The notes under the pieces are model-generated. The model searched no databases. It was not told the origin of the DNA and saw nothing but the letters and a program-made list of their open reading frames with translations. 20,000 bases of DNA. Origin: Saprolegnia diclina VS20 (taxonomy: Eukaryota). The translations under genes were made by a program, and so were the position numbers. The DNA lies in the NCBI RefSeq assembly GCF_000281045.1, contig NW_008246078.1:219655-239654 (forward strand), written 5' to 3'. Positions 1-10,468 of the stretch are shown in pieces. Every line of letters starts with the position of its first letter. The stretch's first letter is position 1.

Positions 1-582
1 TGCACGACCCGATCCAAGCTAATACAACCCGCGCAATCCGCCGAGCGACAGGTTGTACACGATCTAGTCCTTTTACTATTATAGTATTTTTACTAAAATA
101 CGCTCGCTTGGCCTATAGCTACGAGAACCTCGCCAGCACCGCGCTGGCTACGGCGTCGTGGGCAAGCCACGGCTTCCCCGTGTTCCATGGTCGAAGCATG
201 AGAGTGGTACATGAGCACGACGGACCAAGATGCTGAGTCGATTCGCTAAGGTCTGAACCGTTAGCGCCGAGCCGCCTCGCAGCTAGCAGCTAGCAGCTGC
301 GGCTAGCTAGCCAAGAGGACCTAGTTGCGTCTTGCTCTCGTCTCCAGCTACCGCCGTCCAGCCTCCTGGTGGCCGCAGGTTGCGCGGCCAGGCAGCATCC
401 AGCTGTGCTTTGCTGTCGGCAGATTGTGCTAGTCGCTCGGTCCGCCTCGTCACCCACTCTCACTCTCACGTCGCATGATCCATCGCGTATCTCGATGGCA
501 GGACCGCCTTTCTAACGAGAGGAGAGTGAGTGAAGAGGAGCGCGCTTGCCGGATTGTACTCTCACGCCCCACCTTGCAGTTT

Positions 583-597
583 GCCATTTGGCAATTG
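583..597 (+). promoter_or_regulatory. Oomycete INR+FPR-like core promoter element for the TRP gene
   Basis: GCCATTTGGCAATTG just upstream of ATG 600 resembles the oomycete initiator (YCATTY) plus flanking promoter region (CAWTT). Confidence 0.4.
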
Positions 598-599
598 AG

Positions 600-3500
600 A
601 TGCAAGCGAGCATGCTGGCGTCGTCGCCCGCCGGCTACGGCAGCCTCCGCACGGAAGACCATAGTACGGACGTCATGATGAACCTCGAGACGCTCTCCGA
701 CACGCCGGACGCGGTCGACGAAGACGAAGAGGACGACGACGAGGAAGACCCGGACGAGTTCAATGACGTGCCGATGGTCGACCTCGTCTTTGACGGCAAG
801 ATCATGGTGGTCAAATACCGGCTCGAGAACCGACTGTACACCGAGACGGACCTCCTCTCAACGCACGTACGTAGCTTGCCGCGTGCCCACGTCGCTCACC
901 CTCTTCCTAGTACGACCTCTCGGTGCTGGCGGCGGCGGCCTGCCTCGGCTACAACGAGCTCGTCGAGCTCGTGCTCCAGCACACCAACTACCGCCTTCTG
1001 GACCAGGTACAGTCGCTTCCGCCATGTTGGCCGCATGACGCTGGCATAGTATGCTTCCGACCCGATCATCCAAGCCATGGAGAACAACCACACGCGCGTG
1101 GTGCAGACGCTGCTGTCCACAATCGGCCACGAGATGGACCTCTCGAGCATCCTCAACTACGTACTGCGCCTCCATCTTCGCTCCTCTTCATGCTTGTCGT
1201 CTGTAGGAGTGCAAGCCCCTCGCGCACGTGGCCGCGGAGAAGGGCTTCAACGAGATCCTCGAGATGCTCGTGGCCGCCGGGGCGCCCATCGACGCTGTCG
1301 ACGCAGCGGTCGATGAGGTTTGCGTCATCGCAATGGCCTTCTCCAATGCTTCTTGTCTCTAGTCGCGGAGCGAGACCGCGCTGCACTATGCGGCGCGCGC
1401 CGGCAACGTCCGTGGCGTCGAGATCCTCCTGGACGCGCATGCGAGCATCAATGCTGTTTCGGCGGTAGGTGTTATGCATACGCGCCTTGGCGTCTCATCG
1501 TACTGGGGCATGCGCAGGACGGCAAGACGGCGGTGGCGGTGGCAGCGACCGAGTGCGACGACGACGACAGCGCCAAGGCGGTGCTCGACCTTCTCTTCAT
1601 GGGCGAAGCGACCATCGACTTGAGCGAGAACGACGTACGACTTGGCACAGTACCGTGCGCTCACAGAACCATTAGGACGGTGCCGGGCGACGGGTGCTGC
1701 TGGAAGCCGAAGCGCACCTCCGCGCCACGTGCCCCGTCCACTGCATGGTGCGCAACGGCGACGAGGCCAAGCTGCTGCGCTGGCTGCGCGACGCGAACGC
1801 GGCGGTGATGCTGGCGCCGCACCGCTGGGAAGGCCAGTACCGCCAAGGAGCAGAGTGGCACCCGCTCGGGCTCACGGTCAACGTCGTCGCGCTGCCCCAC
1901 GAAGGGTGCTATCGCTTCTTTGGGAGCGACGCCGACGACGTCGGGCCGTTCACCGTCATTGGCGAGTGGTCGGGCGACGCGATCGAAGCGACCAAGGCGT
2001 ACGAGCTGCAATCGGTCGAGTACAGGGGCGATATTGACGTGACCTCGGGCGTCTGGCGCGGCGACTGGATGGCCGGCAACAGCCAAGACCAGTTCAGCTT
2101 GACGCTCTCGCTGCAGCGCTGCCCCGCTTGTAAGGAGAACTGGGTCCCAAACCGCGACGAGCCGTGCTTGAGCTGCCTCCCCGACGGCTACAACGCCGAC
2201 GTCTCGTTCGACACGATCGAAGAGCAGCGCCTCCGCCTTGAAGAGGTCCAAGAGCGCATTGCGGCCGAGATTCTCCACAAGGACACGGTTCGATCCTCGT
2301 CATCGCACCTTTTTTTCATCATTTCAAAAACAACTAGTGGGGACGCACGGCTGTCATGTGCGCAGCGGCCCAAGGCCGGGCGTCGCTTCTTCGCGTGCTC
2401 TTGCGCTTCTGCCGCGCCCAGGCGCTCGAGTACACCGACAACGTACGCGTGCGACAGTTCCTCTCGTCGCTGATCACTCGCTCGGTAGGACGGCAAGACG
2501 GCGCTGGACCATGCGCTGAGCCGCAAGCTCGTGTGCAAGCACAACGTCGAGCACAAGAGCAACCAAGCGACGCTCGAGTGCATCGAACTGCTCGTCGCGT
2601 CGAGCAAGACTCCGGTGGATCCGTCCCGCATCGTAGGTCCCTTGGCCTGTCCTAGCATCCTGTCATCGTCTCGACGCCGTAGTCGGCCGCGCTGACATAC
2701 AAGCGCGAGCAAGGACGGGCGTGCGCGGGCGACTGCATTGCGACACGCCATGAGGTGAGCCTCTCGGAGCTCGCCCAGCAGTACGAGTGGGACCGCCTTG
2801 CCATGCACCTCATGACGCCCGTGACGTCCACGATCCTCAACAAGCGCGACACGGAGGGCAAGGCCGTCTTGCACTACATTGCGAGTGCGGGCAAGTCGGA
2901 CATCCTCGTCATGCTCTTGGAACAGCCGCATCTCGACGTCAAGCTCCCGACCTTGGTAGCCACACGAGCTCGTCGCATTGGTCTCATATAGAGAGGACGC
3001 TAGGATGGCGAGTATGCGCTGCTGCTGGCGGCCCGCGCCAACCGTGTCAAGTGCGTGCGCATGCTGCTGCACGCGGGCGCCGACCCGCTCGAGCTCATCA
3101 CGACCGAGCACGTTGATTACGCCAACTTTTGCAAGGCGCCGTTGGGGCTCCTGAACGACTCGAGCGCGCTCTACCTGCTGCAGGCCAAGCACGAACTCAA
3201 GCAGCAGTATCCCTTGTACTACCTCGCGCGCGTCAAGGACGTGGCCCAAGCGAGCGTGCACTACGCCGCGCAGCAGTCGGCGGTCCACGTTGCTGTCAAG
3301 GCGGAGCTCCCGACCTCGATCCTCGCCGAGATCATCGACCAGAGCATCCACGACGTCAACGCCCAAGACAAGGTCCGTTCATCTTCTGTTCGGCCATGTA
3401 GCGAGAGGAATGACTAGCATGACGAGACGCCGCTTATGGTCGCCACGCGCTTGGGCCTCCCAGGCCACGTGCAAGTCCTGTTGGCCAACCACGCCGACGT

Positions 3501-5952
3501 CGACGCTGTCAACAATGTACAGGATTGTCATACGATACGGACCTCATATATGGCTCTGTAGCGCCGCCAAAGCGCGCTCATGATGGCGGCGAAGGGCGGG
3601 CACATTGCCATCGTGGCGATGCTGCTGGAGAACCTTGCGGACGTCGCACTCCGCGACAGCAAGGACGAGACAGTCCTCGAGAAGCTCGAGACGTACATCG
3701 CGACGCACCTCAAGGCGATGCCGTTGGAAGCGCTCATGAAGCACCCGCATGTCAAGATCCGCGACGCGATCAAGTCGGAGATCCGCGAGCGCCAGACGTC
3801 GGCCGAGTACCGCGCCAAGCTCGCCAAGTCGCTCTCGGACGTCAACGTCGAGACGGCGTTCCGGCTCAACGGTTTTGCCAAGGCCATCAACTGCTCGCCC
3901 GAGCTCGGTGTCACGTTTCTCAACGACTGCGTCAGCATGAACCGCCACGACGTCCTCTTCTCGCACCTCGACTACGTCTACGGCAAGCACGTCACGGGCA
4001 GTGCGCTCCACGCGCTGCTCAACATGGAGACGGACGACCCAGATCTTATTTTCGAAGCCAAGTCCAAGTGCTTTGAACACGTGACGATGCAGCGTGTCCT
4101 CGAGATCAAGTGGGAGCTGTTTGGCCAGCGCACGTTCCTTGAGATGCTCTTCATGTACCTCGTCCTTCTTGTGAGCATGACCATCTCAGCGGTGCTCTTC
4201 CGCGACGAAGACGCGATGGCGTCGCTGCACGCAACCAGCTTTGAGGTCCTGCTTGGCGTTCTCGCCGTCTCGCTCGCGAGTGTCGGGTACGTGGCAGCGC
4301 AGGCGCTGCGCCCACGCACGTTCTGGCGCCTCGCGCGCTTTCACTACGACGGCAGCCTCGACTTTGATCCGGAGCTTGACATCCCGGACCTCGAGCGTCA
4401 CAAGGCGACGGCCAAGCGCCACCTCAAGCTCGGTGTCGCGATTGGGACGCTGCTTCTCGCTGGGCTTCTCGTCGGGCTTTTGGCGGCGACGTCGACCGTC
4501 TCGTCCTTCCCGGTCTTCAACAACGTCGTGTTGGCGGGCACGGCCATCTACTTTGTCGTAAACGAGTACCAGGAGGCCCGGAACGGCCTCGCCGTCTACC
4601 TCGCGTCGACCATCAACGTCATCCAAGTGAGCATGTACATGCTGATTCTGGTCGTCTTCTTGCCCATGCAGCTCAACTGGCTCGACACGCCGGCGCAGAT
4701 TGAGATTGCAGTCGGGAGTGGCATCACACTCACGCTCTGGATTCTGAGTCTCCAGTTCCTCGAGGTCGAGGCGAGCGCGAGCTACCTCCTGCCGATGCTC
4801 ACGGGGCTGCTAAAGGACCTCTGGAACTTCTTCCTCTTCTTTGGCGTCTTCCAGATCGGCATCACAGTCACCTTCTTCCAGCTCTACAAGGCGACCGAGG
4901 ACGACGGCTTCAACTCGCTCAGCGGGTCGTTCTTGACGTCGTACTTTGTCGCGTTTGGCCAAGTGCCGATGGACTCGATGAAGTCGTTTACGAACGACGA
5001 GACCAAGGCGATCGACGGCTACGACTGGATCTTGTACATCTTTGCGGTCGTCATGATCATGGCGCACTCGGCCCTCGTCGTCTTCTTCCTCCTCAACTTG
5101 CTCGTCGCCAACATGAACAAGACGGTGGACGGCGGTCTCGAGAAGGCCAAGACCGAGGCGCTTGCAGCGTACGCGCAGTGCATTCTGCGGCTCGAAGAGG
5201 CCATGCACTACTCGAACGAAGAGACGCAAGAGCTCATCTACTTCATCCCGCCGACGCCGACCAGTGACGGGAAGCTCAACCCGATCTTCCACTTTGCGAT
5301 GCCAAAGTCCCACTACGGTATCACGGCCGAGGCCGAAGACGCGATCGCTTCGCACAAAGCGCAGCAGACGTCCTGGGTGGACACGGCCAACGACGTCGCG
5401 ACGCAGATCCAGGACGCGTTCACTGCATTTGAAAATGGGCTTCTCGACGTCGACCACTTCGCTGACGCCAACGCGGCAGCTGTCTTTGCCGCCGACTTGA
5501 GCGAAATCGCACGTACACGCACGCTGCTCGAGAACGTGCAGACGGCGATGCGCAAGAGCCGCGGCCAGCAAAACCGCAAGGAGCTCCTGAGTCGCTTCCA
5601 GAAGATCGCGACCAAGGACATGGCCGACCTCGCCAAGAAGCTCCGCCAGCTCTGGTTGCGCTCGGAAGGCGACCACGCGCGCTGCGTCCTTGTCTACGAG
5701 CTGGCGCACCACGCGACCATGACGGACGAGCTCCACGCGCTTCAAGCACGGGTTGTGAATGCATTTGAAGCCGCCAAGACGACAGTGGACGCCGACGTCG
5801 CGAACAAAGAGGCGACCACCGACCGCCTCGCTGCGCTCGAGACGCAGCTCGCCGAGATGCAAGCGCGGATCGCACTGTCCAACGAACAAGCGATGGCGAC
5901 GATGACGGCGCAGTTCCAGACGCTGCTGACGGCCATGACAGCCAACCAGTAG
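600..5952 (+). CDS. Ankyrin-repeat TRP-family cation channel-like protein, ~1598 aa, 13 exons
   Basis: Manual splicing gives one uninterrupted frame. Exons: 600-866, 911-1006, 1050-1160, 1207-1317, 1363-1464, 1518-1634, 1676-2287, 2338-2442, 2489-2632, 2683-2955, 3004-3372, 3418-3516, 3562-5952. All 12 introns are GT..AG, 41-53 nt, phase 0. Ankyrin motifs include ETALHYAARAGN, GRTAVMCAAAQG, ETPLMVATRLG and QSALMMAAKGGH. TRP hallmarks in the last exon: pre-S1 VLEIKWELFG, S4 LTLWILSLQFL, pore FLTSYFVAFGQVP, S6 FLLNLLVANMNKT, TRP-helix-like YAQCILRLEE and a C-terminal coiled coil. Confidence 0.85.
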
Positions 5953-6057
5953 CTCAGTTGGACGACATTGGATGCAACAGACAATAGTGTACTTTGTGGT
6001 TTAAGTGTGCAAAACTGCATCTAAATACGGCGACGGATACAGAAGAAATGGTCGCGA

Positions 6058-6771
6058 CTAGGGCAACGATGGCGCGTCACAGGCCGAGAGGAAGCCGTCC
6101 CAGAGCAGCTTGTCGTCCAGGAACGCTGCGAGGTCGTCGGTCGTCTCGGGCAAGTCCCAGCTGCAGTCGTCGAGCGTAAAGACGTCGCAGAGCGTCGTCG
6201 ACGACGCGGGGAGGAATTGCATGCATTCGATCGCAATGAGCTTGGCCTCGTTCGCCGCCGAGTGCTGCTGCTGCTGATGGTACATGTCTCGCGCGAGATG
6301 GTGGTCGTCAAAGGTGAAGACATCGGGCGTGTACTCCATCTTGACGGTCGTTGTCGCCGTTGGGGTGCTACTGGCGGACGAGGCGCTGTGGGACGGCGAT
6401 GCTGCGTTCTGCGGTGACGCCCGCGGCGACTTGCGCACGACGTGGATAAGGAGCTCGGGCTGCGTGCGGAGGAAGCTCGGGTGGCTGAACGTGCACACGT
6501 TGGACTGCGTCTTGGTCCACTTGCGGAAGCCAAAGTTGTTGAGCTGGCGTTGAAAGCTCGAGGCCTTCTCGTGGTTGAAGTACTTGCGTAGGATCTCAGT
6601 CTCGAGGCGGCGCTCCGAGAGGATCTGGATCGCGCTGCCGTCGTGCGACCAAGTGATGACACTCGGGTCTTCGGTCTCGAGCATGCGGTAGAGGCTGCGG
6701 AGGAACTTGGGGATGCCCGTGATGCGCTTCCGCTTCAGGTCGTCCGTCTGCATACTCATGCTCATGTTCAT
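6058..6771 (-). CDS. Heat shock factor (HSF)-type DNA-binding transcription factor, ~237 aa, intronless
   Basis: Classic HSF winged-helix DNA-binding domain: IPKFLRSLYRML..EDPSVITWSHDG...ILRKYFNHEKASSFQRQLNNFGFRKW...FSHPSFLR. The start is taken at ATG 6771 (MNMSMSMQ), with alternative ATGs just downstream. Convergent with the TRP gene across a ~105 nt gap. Confidence 0.92.
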   Translation of the reverse strand: MNMSMSMQTDDLKRKRITGIPKFLRSLYRMLETEDPSVITWSHDGSAIQILSERRLETEILRKYFNHEKASSFQRQLNNFGFRKWTKTQSNVCTFSHPSFLRTQPELLIHVVRKSPRASPQNAASPSHSASSASSTPTATTTVKMEYTPDVFTFDDHHLARDMYHQQQQHSAANEAKLIAIECMQFLPASSTTLCDVFTLDDCSWDLPETTDDLAAFLDDKLLWDGFLSACDAPSLP

Positions 6772-6914
6772 GTGCGTCTTGTCCGGCGACTTGAAAAATA
6801 ATGATATCTCGGCGCTTCCGCCGGCTTCTCCCTCCCCTTCCGCGCACCTTCTTTGACCTGCGGGCTGTATCATCCGCAACCGGCCTGTGGGCGTGCCACG
6901 TATGCATGGTGTGC

Positions 6915-7012
6915 GTTGATTGGCTGCTTTTCGATCTTCAATGGGCGCGATCGGAAACCCCTCGATTTTCGAGTGATTTTCAGCCGTGCACTTCTAAAAT
7001 CAAGCCAATCAC
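6915..7012. promoter_or_regulatory. Two CCAAT boxes upstream of the HSF gene
   Basis: ATTGG at 6919-6923 (in GATTGGCT) and CCAAT at 7005-7009 (in AGCCAATCA), both matching the extended NF-Y/CCAAT consensus. Confidence 0.5.
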
Positions 7013-7224
7013 AGCGTCGTGCGGGACGACCAGCGACGCCACCTGCGGTAAAGGCAAGGTCCGAGCCAAAACAAGGGCTTGGCTCCATCTTGGCGCCACG
7101 GAGGCCGCCATGATGGCTGGTCCCTTGGGATTTTTAGAGAGATGTGCTATGTAGTAGCATGCGGTGAAGCGACCGCTCGTGCAAAGGACGAGCTGTGGGT
7201 GATGGTCGATGAACAATGCCTTAG

Positions 7225-7250
7225 CGAAGCTTCTCGAACGGTTCTCGAAG
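7225..7250. promoter_or_regulatory. Heat shock element (inverted nGAAn array)
   Basis: cGAAgcTTCtcGAAcggTTCtcGAAg: a perfect 3-unit HSE (7226-7238) followed by a further TTCnnGAA pair offset by 1 nt, ~455 nt upstream of the HSF ATG. Confidence 0.5.
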
Positions 7251-7447
7251 ATTACCGCAGCTGTGGGAATACCAACGATGCTGATGCTGGCAGAGAACCG
7301 AGTGCAGCGGTTCTACCGCAGACAAGACGATGCGCATCTCGGTTTCAATGCACCTGAATGTTAGTGAGGCGATGTCGAATCCGAGCGACCTGCTTTTGTC
7401 TCGCGTCGGCTTCGGTACTAGACGCGATTCTTATTATATAACACCAT

Positions 7448-9127
7448 TTACAACTTCATGTTGGCCAAGTAGGTACTCCACCCATTCGTCTCCATCGTCG
7501 CGATCTTGTCGTTGACTTCGGCCTCCTGCTTGTCGAGGAATGCCTGCATCTTGGTGAGGTTCTCTTCGCCGCCGACGATGCGCACGGCGAGGAGGCCGGC
7601 GTTCATCGCATTGCCGATCGCCACTGTGGCGACGGGGATGCCCCGGGGCATCTGCACGATCGAGAGGAGCGAGTCCATGCCGCTGAGCGCCTTGGTCTGG
7701 ATCGGGACGCCGATGACCGGCAGCGGCGTGAGCGCTGCCACCATGCCAGGCAGGTGGGCCGCGCCGCCCGCTCCGGCAATGAGCACCTGGAGGCCTCGGG
7801 CGCGCGCCGACTGCGCGTACGAGTACATGCGCTCGGGGGTGCGGTGCGCCGAGACGATGCTGAGCTCGTACGGAATGTCAAAGTCCTCGAGCACCTTGGC
7901 GGCGGCGGCCATCGACGGCAGGTCCGAGTCTGAGCCCATGATGATGCCTACGAGCGGCGCCTTGATATCGTGGGGGGCGGCGCTCGGGCTCAGCTTCTTT
8001 GCGCGCTCCAGGAGCGCCGAGAGGGTCGGCGCGACGACCGTGATGTGGCCGACCTTGCGTCCGGGCGAGATACCCGCCTTGCCGTACCAGTGGACGCTGG
8101 CACCGGGCACCGTCGCGGCGTGCGCAACGAGGTCCGTCGTCGCCTTCGGGTCGGCCGTGCCAAGGACGTTGAGCATCCAGGACGCGCCGACCTGCAGCGC
8201 GCAGCTGCCGAGCGGGATGCCAGCGACGGCGCGGACGTGGTTTTCAAACTGGTCCGTCTCGCACGCTTCGATCGTGTAGTGGCCCGAGTTGTGCGGGCGC
8301 GGCGCGATCTCGTTCAGCAGCAGCGTGTTCTCGGACGTCAAGAACATCTCGACGCCAAAGATCCCGTTGCCCGAGAGCGCGGCGACGACCTTGGTCGCCA
8401 TGGCCGTCGCGGCCGCGTGGAGGCTGGCGTCCGGAAGCACGGCAGGGGCGAGGACCGTGTGGCAAATGTTGTTGGCCTGCGTCGTCTCGACGACCGGGTA
8501 CGCGCGCACGTCGCCGCCTTGGCGCACAACCATGACCGCAAGCTCCTTCGTGAAGGGCACCCACTTCTCTGCGTAGAGCTTGCCAGCGCCCATGGTCGGA
8601 GCGAGCGCCGCGATCGCAGACGGAATGGCGGCCTCAGACGCGACGACCGCGTTGCCCTTGCCGTCGTACGACCAGTGGCGCGACTTGAGCATGAACGGGT
8701 ACCCGTAGCGCGCGCCGGCCCCAACCGCATCGGCGGCCGAGTCGACGACCGTGAAGGGACCGAGCGGCACGTCGACGTCCCGACAAAACACCTTTTGCGC
8801 GTACTTGTCCTGGATGAGCGCGATCGTGTCGGGGCTCGGGTGGATCTGCAGCTTCGGGTGCGAGGCCTGCAGCGCGCGCAGCGTCTGCGCATTGACGTGC
8901 TCGATCTCGACCGTGAGCACGTCGACCTTGGCGGCGAGGGCCTCGATGGCGGCGGCGTCCGTGAACGCGCCCGCGACCGTTGACGTGACTTGGCCGGCCG
9001 GCGACGCGTCGCCCGCAGGGTCCAAGCACACGAGCTTGACGCCGAGGCGGTGCGCAGCGTAGCCCATCATGCGGCCGAGCTGGCCACCGCCCAGGCAGCC
9101 CACGGTCGGCGTGTTCGGAAGGCTCAT
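7448..9127 (-). CDS. ADE2: Phosphoribosylaminoimidazole (AIR) carboxylase, PurK-PurE fusion, 559 aa
   Basis: N-terminal PurK ATP-grasp motifs: [51 protein letters not shown]-terminal PurE motifs: [46 protein letters not shown]. Intronless. Confidence 0.97.
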   Translation of the reverse strand: MSLPNTPTVGCLGGGQLGRMMGYAAHRLGVKLVCLDPAGDASPAGQVTSTVAGAFTDAAAIEALAAKVDVLTVEIEHVNAQTLRALQASHPKLQIHPSPDTIALIQDKYAQKVFCRDVDVPLGPFTVVDSAADAVGAGARYGYPFMLKSRHWSYDGKGNAVVASEAAIPSAIAALAPTMGAGKLYAEKWVPFTKELAVMVVRQGGDVRAYPVVETTQANNICHTVLAPAVLPDASLHAAATAMATKVVAALSGNGIFGVEMFLTSENTLLLNEIAPRPHNSGHYTIEACETDQFENHVRAVAGIPLGSCALQVGASWMLNVLGTADPKATTDLVAHAATVPGASVHWYGKAGISPGRKVGHITVVAPTLSALLERAKKLSPSAAPHDIKAPLVGIIMGSDSDLPSMAAAAKVLEDFDIPYELSIVSAHRTPERMYSYAQSARARGLQVLIAGAGGAAHLPGMVAALTPLPVIGVPIQTKALSGMDSLLSIVQMPRGIPVATVAIGNAMNAGLLAVRIVGGEENLTKMQAFLDKQEAEVNDKIATMETNGWSTYLANMKL

Positions 9128-9604
9128 GAGGACGAGGAATGAAATCGGAAAATGGAGCCGATGTGGCCAGGATGATCATGCAACACAATTGGCCGCCGGC
9201 GATGTGATGCGCAAAATAAAATACCGTTTTGCGTTGGCATTTAAATACTTGGTTTTTATTCGCCATACAAAGAAGCTGTGTAGACGCCAAATAGATAATA
9301 AATGACGTGCGAAAAAACACAAAAAATCCGGAAAGATCGGCCCAACCAGGATTATGCATCAATTCTGTATCCAACAGGTTTCAAACACTGTTTTGTTTGA
9401 GCCAATCAAAAGCCACCATTGCGTGTTTTAAACCATACCGTTGACGGGTGTTTGTACCCGACACGTTCCGAGTCGGCACCAACCATGCGAACTCGCGTCG
9501 ATTGGCCAAAACAAATGCCGAAAATCAACCAATCCGCGCGATTTACAGGATCTTTTTTAACCAATGGACGGGGACCCTGGATTCCATTTTCACTCCACGC
9601 AACC
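9128..9604. promoter_or_regulatory. AT-rich divergent (bidirectional) promoter shared by ADE2 and RRP4
   Basis: 477-nt AT-rich gap between head-to-head genes. CCAAT/ATTGG at 9188, 9402, 9501, 9529 and 9561. INR+FPR-like GCTCCATTTTCCGATTTC on the minus strand (9141-9158) before ADE2, and CCATTTTCACT (9584-9594) before RRP4. Confidence 0.7.
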
Positions 9605-10468
9605 ATGCTGGAGCTCCAAGCTGCGCTCGACGACTTCTCTGGCCGGGACGACGAGGCCTACCACAGCGCGATGGAGCGGCTGCGCGCCCAGTACGTGGTC
9701 GTGACGCCGGGCCAGGTCATCACGAGCGAGCCCGGCTTCCTGCGCGGCCATGGCACGTACGTCGAGAACGGCGAGCTCCTCGCGTCCGTGGCCGGCGTCG
9801 TCGAGAAGGTCAACCAGCTCGTGAGCGTGCGCCCGCTCGTGAGCCGCTACATTGGCGAAGTCGGCGACATTGTAGTTGGGCGGATCTCGGAGGTCGCCAG
9901 CAAGCGCTGGAAGGTCGACATCAACGGCCAGCAAGACGCGGTCCTCATGCTCTCGTCGGTCAACTTGCCGGGCGGCGCGCAGCGGCGGCGCACGTACGAA
10001 GACCAGTTGCAGATGCGGTCGTTCTTTGAAGAGTCGGAGCTCATTAGCGCCGAAGTCCAGGAGGTCCGGTACGATGGCACGATGTGGCTGCATACGCGCT
10101 CGCTTCGGTACGGCAAGCTCGAGAACGGCCAGCTCATCGCCGTGCAGCCTGCGCTCGTGAAGCGGCTCAAGCAGCACATGCTTCAGCTGCCGATTGGCAT
10201 TGACGTCATCCTTGGCTGCAACGGCTACATCTGGATCGCGCGGCGTATTGAGCACGACGCCGAGTCCCTCACGACCAACGAGTCGCGCGCCGACGTGTGG
10301 ACCGAGCGCAAGGCGACGCACGCGGCGACGCCCACGGACGCGGCCGACCGCAAGAAGATCGCGGCCGTCTACAACGTCCTCGCGACGCTCAACGCGCAGT
10401 TCAAGACCATTACGCCCGAGAGCATCATGGAGCTCTACGAGCAGCAGGCCGCCGACGAGCACGCTTAA
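9605..10468 (+). CDS. RRP4: Exosome complex component RRP4 (EXOSC2), ~287 aa
   Basis: Motifs VVTPGQVIT..GFLRGHGTY, RYIGEVGDIVVGRI, KRWKVDI, LSSVNLPGG..RRR, LHTRSLRYGKL.NG and ILGCNGYIWI give the S1+KH architecture of Rrp4. Real start at ATG 9605. Confidence 0.96.
   Translation: MLELQAALDDFSGRDDEAYHSAMERLRAQYVVVTPGQVITSEPGFLRGHGTYVENGELLASVAGVVEKVNQLVSVRPLVSRYIGEVGDIVVGRISEVASKRWKVDINGQQDAVLMLSSVNLPGGAQRRRTYEDQLQMRSFFEESELISAEVQEVRYDGTMWLHTRSLRYGKLENGQLIAVQPALVKRLKQHMLQLPIGIDVILGCNGYIWIARRIEHDAESLTTNESRADVWTERKATHAATPTDAADRKKIAAVYNVLATLNAQFKTITPESIMELYEQQAADEHA

Noticed and set aside
2188..5889. Long antisense ORFs (2188-3366, 4810-5889; likewise 7970-8983 and 9590-10462 opposite ADE2 and RRP4)
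   Set aside because: These are shadow ORFs caused by high GC3 codon bias opposite well-supported genes, with no recognisable motifs.
7079..7357. 92-aa ORF between HSF and ADE2
   Set aside because: It has no recognisable motif, atypical codon usage and a non-ATG start. It is more likely regulatory DNA, as it contains the HSE.
7448..9127. PurK-PurE fusion as a novelty or recent bacterial transfer
   Set aside because: The fused form is the standard ADE2 type in fungi, plants and other eukaryotes, and its codon usage matches neighbouring genes.
9419..9604. N-terminal extension of RRP4, and likewise of HSF (6772-6879)
   Set aside because: These extensions run through AT-rich promoter sequence with CCAAT/INR-like motifs from non-ATG or weak starts. 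Recognisable protein begins at the downstream ATG.
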